Source of the DNA: Pseudonocardiaceae bacterium | GTDB lineage: Bacteria; Actinomycetota; Actinomycetes; Mycobacteriales; Pseudonocardiaceae | Direction: 5' to 3' | Length of the DNA: 30,304 nt | Assembly: GCA_041751815.1 (NCBI GenBank) | Contig: JBGSWT010000165.1 | Span: 1-30,304, forward strand | Program-made: the position numbers and the translations under genes | Shown here: positions 23,152-30,304 of the stretch, piece by piece | Layout: each line of letters begins with the position of its first letter | Numbering within the stretch: position 1 is the first letter of the stretch | The notes under the pieces: model-generated | What the model was told of the DNA's origin: nothing | Databases searched by the model: none | Seen by the model: the letters and a program-made list of their open reading frames with translations, nothing else

Positions 23152-25753
23152 GTTGCCTCCGCCGGTCAAGGCTGCGGCGCAGCGAGCGACGGATCGGATT
23201 GGCTCTGGTCTGCCAGCCCGAGTCTCCGTACAGCGTCCAGCAAGCCCATCGAGCCGGATGGTTGACGGCAGGCAAGTCCACCGCGATGCCAGGTGCGCCC
23301 CGGTACACGTCGTGCTGGGCTTGCTGCAAGGCGAAATCGCGCGGCAGGTAGCGGACGTTGCGTTCAAAACGATCGAGCACGGTCGCCGCGACGGAATCCT
23401 CAGCCCTCCACCTGGCCGCGACCACTGCTGCGGCACCTGCGTGGACAGCAGCCCGGACGAAACCGATCCGTTCGTCTCGTCCGGTGCGGTGGGCCATTCC
23501 CGATTCGCACGCGCCGATCACGAGAGTTCCGCAGCCACGTAGATCCATCCGCTGCAGCTCCTCGGGCCGCAGCCGACCGTGCTGCCCATCGGGAGCCAGC
23601 TGCAACCATGACTTCGCCGGATCGTCATGGTCGTGTTGACCGTGACTGTCGATCCTCACCTGACGATAGCGGCGGAGTTCGAGCTCCGTCTGCACCGTGC
23701 TCCAGGTAGCATGCGCTCCGCTCAGCACCGTATGGGCGCGCCTGCCTGCGGCCGTGGTCAGCCCGCCGGCCGGCGGACTGACCAGAAGCAGCCGGTCACC
23801 GCGTAGCCGAAGTGATCGACGATGCAGCGGGAGCCTGGCCGACAGGCAAGGAAGGTCGGACAGAGCGAACTGAAGGCCAAGCGGCTCAGTTTCTCCGGTA
23901 ACCGTCAGGGCAGCGAACGGGATATCCGACAGCTCCCCTCCGGCCACGATCGCGATCCGGCGGACATGCGGGGAAAGCCTGAGCCTCCGGACCACCGCAT
24001 CGATACCGACTTGGGCGGCAATCTCTTTGAGTGATGCGTTGAACTCGCCACCCTTTATGCTGGCTTCGAGTGATTCGTCACTGCTCCAGCATGCCATGAG
24101 GGCGTCGACCGCCGCCGTCAGCTTCTTTCTTCCGGAAGGGACGCACTTGTAATAGAGCAGTCCCCTGCCCACAAGGGCGTGATGCACCCGGTCGGGAGTG
24201 GAATGGATTATCCAAACCGCCTGAGCTGGAGGTAAACGATCGGCCACGTCGCTCACCCATCGCCAGGCACCGTTGAGATCACTCGGCCTCGGGAGATCCC
24301 GGGCGAGACCTGCTTCATCGGGAAGGATCCGCCCTAAAATCGTTGCTCCACGAGCGGCTTCCATGGCAACTACGATCGCGGCCGTCGCCTCGGGACCGCG
24401 ATCGTTCAGCTTCTGCGCAGCGGCGCGAATCCGTTCGTCGTGCTCGCCTGGAACGGCCTGCAACATCCCGACTCGTACCTCATCGGAAATTTGACGCCCA
24501 GCGATGTGTTCTTCAAGGCGATGCGCTTCGGCCCAGCACTCCGCAGCCCGTTCGTCGGCATCAAGCCGGTCGAATGCGTGGCCCAGCGATCGCAGCGCGC
24601 AGACCCGCACCTCGACAAGCGCGGCTGCCGAAGCACGAGTGACAGCCTCAGTCAAGTGGCCGACGGCAGCCTGAGTGCAGGGATGGCTCTCGGAAAGCTC
24701 GGGTCGGGATAGCTTGAGTTCTCCCGCGGCCAACTGCCAGGTCGCGATATCACGGTCTGTGTGTGCCAGTGGATGAAGCTCATCTAGCCGAGACTCAGCC
24801 TCCTCAAGCCGAGTCTCGATGATCAGTCGGCGGGCGTGCTGGACCCGTCGATCAAACCGCGGAGAGAGGGCATCTCTGCTCGCCTCAGTGGCGGACAGCC
24901 GGTCTACCGCCGCGGCTGCTGCCGTCGGATCGGCCGATACCGCTGCGGCGGCCTGGAGTGACGGGAGTAATCGTTCAGCGAGATCGTCCTGACGCATGAG
25001 CCGAAGCAGCAGGATCAGCTCGTACCACACGTGCCAGCCCAGCGCCGGGTCGATATTGTGATCGACACCGCGCCATAACACCATGAAGGCGCGCTCATAG
25101 CGCAGCTCGCGCCTCAGTGCCACGGCGAGCAGGAGGTAATCCGAAACGGTCTGCGGTGGCTCACCAGACAACACGTCAGATGCCGCCGGCTCGTCACCCT
25201 GCCGTACCTCGATCTGGAGCCGGTCAAGTTCGATGGCCGCCACGCCAGCGTGATTGCCGGCCTCCAGGAAACCCCGCCGCGCCGCATCCAAGTGATTGAC
25301 TGCCCTGTCGAGGTCCCCCATATCAGCCGCCGCCAGCCCTTGCACCCGGTGCAGCCTTGCGCTGTCGTCCTGGGGCAGGAGATGCGGCTGGCCTTCGAGT
25401 GCGGTGCGGATGGCGGCGGCATCGGCGCCAACGCCGCAGTGGTCGCCAACAGAGGAACGGATCTGAGCGCGCAGCAAGCGCAGCGAAATGTGGCTCGGGC
25501 CGACGTCCACATACTCGGTGCAGCGCTGCAGCGCCAGCGTGACGCGCCCTAGCTTTCGCAATCCCTCGGCATGGTTGGTAGCCAACGCCGACCAGAGCGT
25601 GGGATCTCCTGCGGCCAGCCCAACGGCCTGCTGGTAGGCAGCGTCGAAGCCCGCCGCGTCCGCCCGCGCGAACGCCTCACGAGCTCGGGTGACCGCAGCA
25701 GCGACCGGGGTGCCGGGTTGCAGCTCGAGCGGATGCCTCGTGGTTGGTGGCAT
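23135..25753 (-). CDS. TPR-CHAT (caspase-like, CD clan) protease
   Basis: N-terminal helical repeats; RIAIVAGGELSDIPFAAL, VRIDSHG (His codon 23642-23644), LVIGACESG (Cys codon 23507-23509), GAAAVVAARW, HPARWACWTLYGD. Confidence 0.9.
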   Translation of the reverse strand: MPPTTRHPLELQPGTPVAAAVTRAREAFARADAAGFDAAYQQAVGLAAGDPTLWSALATNHAEGLRKLGRVTLALQRCTEYVDVGPSHISLRLLRAQIRSSVGDHCGVGADAAAIRTALEGQPHLLPQDDSARLHRVQGLAAADMGDLDRAVNHLDAARRGFLEAGNHAGVAAIELDRLQIEVRQGDEPAASDVLSGEPPQTVSDYLLLAVALRRELRYERAFMVLWRGVDHNIDPALGWHVWYELILLLRLMRQDDLAERLLPSLQAAAAVSADPTAAAAAVDRLSATEASRDALSPRFDRRVQHARRLIIETRLEEAESRLDELHPLAHTDRDIATWQLAAGELKLSRPELSESHPCTQAAVGHLTEAVTRASAAALVEVRVCALRSLGHAFDRLDADERAAECWAEAHRLEEHIAGRQISDEVRVGMLQAVPGEHDERIRAAAQKLNDRGPEATAAIVVAMEAARGATILGRILPDEAGLARDLPRPSDLNGAWRWVSDVADRLPPAQAVWIIHSTPDRVHHALVGRGLLYYKCVPSGRKKLTAAVDALMACWSSDESLEASIKGGEFNASLKEIAAQVGIDAVVRRLRLSPHVRRIAIVAGGELSDIPFAALTVTGETEPLGLQFALSDLPCLSARLPLHRRSLRLRGDRLLLVSPPAGGLTTAAGRRAHTVLSGAHATWSTVQTELELRRYRQVRIDSHGQHDHDDPAKSWLQLAPDGQHGRLRPEELQRMDLRGCGTLVIGACESGMAHRTGRDERIGFVRAAVHAGAAAVVAARWRAEDSVAATVLDRFERNVRYLPRDFALQQAQHDVYRGAPGIAVDLPAVNHPARWACWTLYGDSGWQTRANPIRRSLRRSLDRRRQRVAHI

Positions 25754-28700
25754 TACTCCTCACAACCGGGGATGTTCTCGTCGATGTCCGGGCAGACGAG
25801 GAGAACTTGCCCACTGGGTGCCGGAATGACTCCACTGCCAGGGCCGGCGGCATTGCCGCTACCGCTCACTCGCCACCACTCCGCGCCATCGTGGATGCGG
25901 ATGTCAGGTTGCGAGATCATGCCCTCAGGGCGTGGAGGAGACTCTGCTGCCCGAATGATCACATTGTCCTCGAGCGGTAATGCATCGCGGAGGATCGCAC
26001 CGTTCTCGACAGTGAGCATGGGTCGGTAAAGGTAGATATCGCCGCTGGTCTTGTTCAGTAGTTCATCGAGACTACTTCGTTGTATCGAGCCAGGACGTTC
26101 CGTGAGTCCGCTCAGATCGACGTGGAGGACGCGGTCGCCCTCGATGCGAAACAGCGGTGCCGGCTGGGGAGAACCCGGGCCGATCGCCTGCTGCACCCGA
26201 TTGGTCCACGGATGGTTCGCGGCAGCAAGGATCACTTCGTTGGCACGGACCAACGCCACGCCATCGTCGCCGAGACGGACACCGCGGAGAAACCCGTCGT
26301 TGGCCTCGGCGGCACTGCGCATCACTTCGGCAACGCGGGGATAGTCCCGGAGCAAGGCGGCACCTTCGACGGTGCCGTTGAAACCCACGATCGGATCGTC
26401 GTACCGAGCCAGGACGCGATCACCGATCTGACTGACGGCGCCAGTTCTGCCGTCCGGGGTGGTCACCTGCACGGTGCGAGCATTGGACTCAGGCACGCCG
26501 GCCGCGATGACTCGGGGCGGCTGACCACCGCTCGGGGGAGTGATCTCGATCCAGAGCGGGGGTCCGCCGTCTACCGGCGGCAACTCAGGGCGCTGCAATT
26601 CAGGGCGCTGCGAGAACCTGCCCTCGAAGAATGTTGCTTTGCCAGTTGCCGGGTCCGGCCCACCCAGGCGAAAGGCCATCTCCTCGCCGGGCGGCGCCCC
26701 CTCCTTGGTGATCGAGAGCCAGGGCTCGTCCGGGCCACCGACCTTATACATGGCCCGGCCGTTGGCGTCCTGGTAGCTGTACAGCACTGCGTCCGTGGCG
26801 GATGGCAGTTCCGCGGAAGGCTGGGACACCAAACGGTCCTGGATCGACTCCAACACTCGACGAGCGCGGTCGACCAGGCCTGGCCGCCACTGGATCATGA
26901 CCGCATCGACCTCCTTGCGCGCTACCAATTCCCCCAGCTCATAACCCTGGAACTCGACGCGCTGCGAAATCTGCCCCCGGTCAGCGGCAACCTCACTCTT
27001 GAGCTGGCGAGTAGCAGCCTCGGTGCGCAAGACCTTCAAGCCCCCGAAGGGGACCACCCGGCGGCCGTCGGCCACGACGTCGATGAGGGCGCGACCGTCC
27101 GCCGTTGTAGAAAACGTGCGTTGGAGGCTGTCCACAACGCGGCCGGCGCCGTCGATCGACACGTGTGTGATCTGCCCGGACCCGGTCAACGGGTCGAAGC
27201 GGGATGCCTCGTCGACCAGGCCACCACGGCGGACCGGCTCGGGCAGGTCGGCGTGGAAACTCCGGCCATCTTTGCGCTGGATGATGTCGCCGAGCGAGAC
27301 GCCTCCAGCGATCAACGGAATTCCGCAGTTCTCAAAGACTGCTGATGGCGCTTGCCGGATAGCTTCCTGCTGCGCCGACGGGGGCGTGACGAACTCGATC
27401 TGTGAACGCTGCCTCAGTTCGCCGTGCTGCGTGTACCAATCTTTGAACCGCAGATCTGACCGGATCGCGCCGTCGTCCAGCTGTGGAAGCCCCGCTGGGG
27501 TCTGAGAGATCAGCCACTCCAGGGCGCCACTCCACCGCATGATCTGGTCAAGCCGCTGGTACTGCGGCTCGTAATCAGCGACTGCCTGGTAGTGCTGGTC
27601 CCACCAACGCATGCCCCGGCCGATCTCGAAGCTCGGCTCAACCTCGGTGCCCCCCTTTTCTTCCGACCGGGAGAACAGCCGCGTCGCCAGTGCACCGATG
27701 TTGACTCGGTCACGATTGAAGGCAAAGCCGGATTCGTTCTGGCCGAACCACAGCCGCCCGTACTCAAGGTTTGGGCGCTCAGGTCCGGCGCACTGACTCC
27801 ACGGGGTCACCGCGTTCGAGTTTGGGACGAACCCAGCGACCGCCTGGGTAGGAACACCAGTGCCGACCCCGCTGTGCGCCCAGCTCTTGGCCACGTAGTC
27901 GGTGTAGAAGAGGGTCATCCCGACCTTGGTGCCTTCCAGCCGCCCGTCGTAGCGCGCCTGGCTGTAGGCCGGCCGGTCGCTGACAAGCAGGTAAAGAGCC
28001 CAGAGCTGGGTGCGGTCCGAGGGCAGTCCTGCCTCAGCCAGAGCCGCAGGCGGCGGAATGTTGTCCCAGAGTGCATCATGGACCACATTGGCCAGCTCGT
28101 CGGCAGTGAAAGGCGAGCCTCGCCAATCGCGGGAGATAAGCCGGTCAGCAAGCTCCGGGCGCAGGCCCGGGAGCACCGCGAGAATATCGTCTCTGGTCTG
28201 TAGTGGCCCTGGGTCCAGCGAAAAGGCAGGACGGAACTCAGAAGGTGGCTGCAGGTATCCTCGTTGGATAACCGAGATGTCCTCGACGTCCAGCGGCGCC
28301 GCCGGCACGTCGGGCCAGTTCCATCCCCCCGCCCAGATCTCCGTTCCGCGCACCTCCAACCAAGACAGATGCCGGGTTTGCGCCAAGAAGTCGGTCAATC
28401 CCCTGGTCTCATCGATGCGCATCGTGACGAACCCGCGCGCCGACCGAACCTCAGAGGTGGTTCCCGGTTTCGCGTGAGTCAGCTCGATGGCCTGAGCGCC
28501 GGGATTGATCTGGTAGTGGTGTACCTGAACCTGCTGCGGGTCGGCACCAGCATCGGACCGGTGCTGGTCGATGAGCAACCCGATCGTACGAGCTTCATGT
28601 GGATCGCCGCGAGGGACCAACACATGCAGCACACCGCGTCCGTCGTACAGCATTCGCCCCGGCCCCGTGGGCTGTCTGGACAGATCGGCGAACGCCAAGT

Positions 28701-29010
28701 CCCGAACCGGCACGGTGTCATAGGTCGCATCGCGGAGGCGCGCGGTGTCCAACTCCAGATACGACGCCAATCCGGTCCGCGCCCAGTCCCGCAGCTGCTC
28801 CTCCGCCTCGGCCGGCTCCAGCCCGCTGAGCCGGCTCGCCGCTCCGGCATACGAGACGACGGTGGGATCCTCGATTTTTTCAGCAGGCCTGCCGGTGCAA
28901 CTCACCGACGCGAGCAGAACACCGACCGTGAGGATCAGGACCGCCAGCCGCCTCCAGATGATCCGGTGACGTGGGGATCCGCCCTGACGGGAATGCGATG
29001 ACGTGCTCAT
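25753..29010 (-). CDS. Large (1085 aa) exported or membrane-anchored protein of unknown function; central region possibly DUF1598-like
   Basis: Basic N-terminus plus LAVLILTVGVLLASVSC (signal anchor or atypical lipobox); central FSLDP..YSQARYDGRLEGTKVGMTLFYTDYVAK..RLWFG..WWDQHYQAVADYEPQYQRLDQIMRW; TAATG overlap with the CHAT gene. Confidence 0.8.
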   Translation of the reverse strand: MSTSSHSRQGGSPRHRIIWRRLAVLILTVGVLLASVSCTGRPAEKIEDPTVVSYAGAASRLSGLEPAEAEEQLRDWARTGLASYLELDTARLRDATYDTVPVRDLAFADLSRQPTGPGRMLYDGRGVLHVLVPRGDPHEARTIGLLIDQHRSDAGADPQQVQVHHYQINPGAQAIELTHAKPGTTSEVRSARGFVTMRIDETRGLTDFLAQTRHLSWLEVRGTEIWAGGWNWPDVPAAPLDVEDISVIQRGYLQPPSEFRPAFSLDPGPLQTRDDILAVLPGLRPELADRLISRDWRGSPFTADELANVVHDALWDNIPPPAALAEAGLPSDRTQLWALYLLVSDRPAYSQARYDGRLEGTKVGMTLFYTDYVAKSWAHSGVGTGVPTQAVAGFVPNSNAVTPWSQCAGPERPNLEYGRLWFGQNESGFAFNRDRVNIGALATRLFSRSEEKGGTEVEPSFEIGRGMRWWDQHYQAVADYEPQYQRLDQIMRWSGALEWLISQTPAGLPQLDDGAIRSDLRFKDWYTQHGELRQRSQIEFVTPPSAQQEAIRQAPSAVFENCGIPLIAGGVSLGDIIQRKDGRSFHADLPEPVRRGGLVDEASRFDPLTGSGQITHVSIDGAGRVVDSLQRTFSTTADGRALIDVVADGRRVVPFGGLKVLRTEAATRQLKSEVAADRGQISQRVEFQGYELGELVARKEVDAVMIQWRPGLVDRARRVLESIQDRLVSQPSAELPSATDAVLYSYQDANGRAMYKVGGPDEPWLSITKEGAPPGEEMAFRLGGPDPATGKATFFEGRFSQRPELQRPELPPVDGGPPLWIEITPPSGGQPPRVIAAGVPESNARTVQVTTPDGRTGAVSQIGDRVLARYDDPIVGFNGTVEGAALLRDYPRVAEVMRSAAEANDGFLRGVRLGDDGVALVRANEVILAAANHPWTNRVQQAIGPGSPQPAPLFRIEGDRVLHVDLSGLTERPGSIQRSSLDELLNKTSGDIYLYRPMLTVENGAILRDALPLEDNVIIRAAESPPRPEGMISQPDIRIHDGAEWWRVSGSGNAAGPGSGVIPAPSGQVLLVCPDIDENIPGCEE
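26581..26610. repeat. 15-bp in-frame tandem duplication (QRPEL x2)
   Basis: CAACTCAGGGCGCTG followed by CAATTCAGGGCGCTG (1 mismatch). Confidence 0.8.
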
Positions 29011-29304
29011 GGAGCTCCCTCCACAACGGCGCTACTGACGTTCTGTGGGTCCCCGATCACGGCCAGTGAGGTGTCCGTCACGATCCAAACCAGCATGGGA
29101 ATGAGGTCTCGCAACTCCCGATAAATACGTCATCCTCAACCCCGATCGTGTGTACTGCCGGGACAAGATCGACTTCGACACGCCGGCGCGAACTCACCGA
29201 CTAGCGTCGAGCCGACGGGATCGGCGTGACGGTCATTGAGAAAGACAAACCGTGGCATGAGAACTCGGAAGGCCAGCCCGCAGGTCCTGAGCCCGCCAGC
29301 CAAG

Positions 29305-30304
29305 GGTTCCTCGCTGTATCAAGTGGGTTTGGTGATCAACTGATGATCAAATGGTGTGGTCCCGGCGTGGCGGGTTGACGAGGGGGTGGTGGTTTCGTTG
29401 GCTGCGTGACTGTCCGTGATGGTCGTGTGGCAGGGGGTCGCTGGGGTATGGATGAGCTGGGGTTGTTCACGGCGGCGTTGGGGTTGAGCGGGCCGTGGCG
29501 GGTGATCCGGACCGAGTTCGACGCCGAGGCCGCCCAGCTGGATCTGTTTCTGGGTTTTGAGCGTGGTGCCCGGTTCGCCTGCCCGGCCAGGGACTGCGCG
29601 CAGGGTGCGTGTGCGGTGCATGACACGGTGGACAAGACGTGGCGGCATCTGGACTTCTTCCAGCACAAGGCGTTCTTGCATGCCCGGCTGCCACGGGTGC
29701 GCTGCCCCGAGCACGGAGTGCGGCAGGTGAGCGTTCCCTGGGCGCGTCCCGGGTCGGGGTTCACGTTGTTGTTTGAGGCGCTGGTGTGCAGCTTCGCGTC
29801 GGCGATGCCGGTGGCGAAGGTCGCGGCGATGACCCGCGAGCATGACACCAGGATCTGGCGGGTGCTGGAGCACCCTGTGCACACCGCCCGCGACCAGCGC
29901 GACTGCTCGGGGGTGTGCCGGGTCGGGATGGATGAGACCTCCGCGCGCAAGGGCCAGGACTACATCAGCATCTTCGCTGACCTGGATGCCCGGCGGGTGA
30001 TCTTCGCCACCGACGGACGCTGCGCGGACACCGTCGCCCGCTTCGCCGCGGATCTGGGCGAACACGGGGGTGACCCGATGAAGATTACCGACACCAGCTC
30101 CGACATGAGCACGGCGTTCGTCAGCGGAATCAGCGCCCATCTGCCGAACGCGACAATGACCTTCGACCGCTACCACCTGGCCGCCAAGCTCAGCGAGGCC
30201 ATCGACACCGTGCGCCGCCAGGAGGTCGCCACCCGCCCGGAGCTGCGGCGCACCCGCTGGCTGTGGCTGAAGAACTGGGCGAACCTGTCGGTGGCGCAAC
30301 GCCG
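29305..30304 (+). mobile_element. ISL3-family insertion sequence, left part (right end outside the window)
   Basis: Left end GGTTCCTCGCTGTATCAAGTGGGT (29305-29328) resembles ISL3 terminal repeats (GGCTC(T/C)TCGC...); transposase ORF follows. Confidence 0.85.
29448..30304 (+). CDS. ISL3-family transposase, 3'-truncated by the window edge (not in the ORF track because no stop is reached)
   Basis: Manual translation from ATG 29448 is open to the window end: ALGLSGPWRV, CPARDC and RCPEHG zinc finger, WRHLDFFQ, PWARPGSGFT, GMDETSARKGQDY, SDMSTAF, FDRYH. Confidence 0.93.
   Translation, partial: MDELGLFTAALGLSGPWRVIRTEFDAEAAQLDLFLGFERGARFACPARDCAQGACAVHDTVDKTWRHLDFFQHKAFLHARLPRVRCPEHGVRQVSVPWARPGSGFTLLFEALVCSFASAMPVAKVAAMTREHDTRIWRVLEHPVHTARDQRDCSGVCRVGMDETSARKGQDYISIFADLDARRVIFATDGRCADTVARFAADLGEHGGDPMKITDTSSDMSTAFVSGISAHLPNATMTFDRYHLAAKLSEAIDTVRRQEVATRPELRRTRWLWLKNWANLSVAQR

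Noticed and set aside
26080-28477. Long plus-strand ORFs (421, 203, 155 aa etc.) opposite the 1085-aa gene, and similar ones opposite cstA, the symporter and CHAT
   Set aside because: Typical high-GC antisense shadows with no recognisable motifs.
29319-30299. Minus-strand ORFs of 326 aa and 204 aa
   Set aside because: Antisense shadows of the + strand ISL3 transposase, which has clear family motifs.
1-30304. CRISPR arrays, tRNA or rRNA genes, integrase/att sites
   Set aside because: No regularly spaced direct repeats, cloverleaf-like or rRNA-like sequence, or recombinase gene were seen by eye.

Overview
High-GC actinobacterial accessory region; the gene content suggests Pseudonocardiales, which is an inference. 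Left third (1-9.6 kb): single genes and remnants, namely a metal ABC permease end, an AAC(2')-I-type aminoglycoside acetyltransferase, DUF1697, TIGR03086, a histidine phosphatase, DUF2332, soxR with a textbook SoxR box and a flavin reductase, an alpha/beta hydrolase, an XRE-regulator/flavoprotein pair, a 157-bp MITE-like element and several gene relics. Middle (9.8-18.4 kb): a divergent 8-gene module. The left arm is DUF3311, cstA, ybdD, a Walker-A-degenerate P-loop protein and an orphan membrane-anchored solute-binding protein. The right arm is a sodium:solute symporter, an ECF sigma factor and a small membrane protein. Both arms start from the same bipartite motif, GTCAACCC-N14-GYGATA, placed back to back. 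Then come vapBC, a patch of gene fragments, a choice-of-anchor-C protein and an FHA-HTH protein. Right third (21.2-29.0 kb): a tightly packed 4-gene operon encoding a 1085-aa exported protein, a TPR-CHAT (caspase-like) protease with an intact His/Cys dyad, a TIR domain fused to an apparent ubiquitin-like domain, and a lipoprotein. An ISL3-family IS follows and runs off the window. No rRNA, tRNA or CRISPR array was seen. All family assignments are by motif recognition, not database search.
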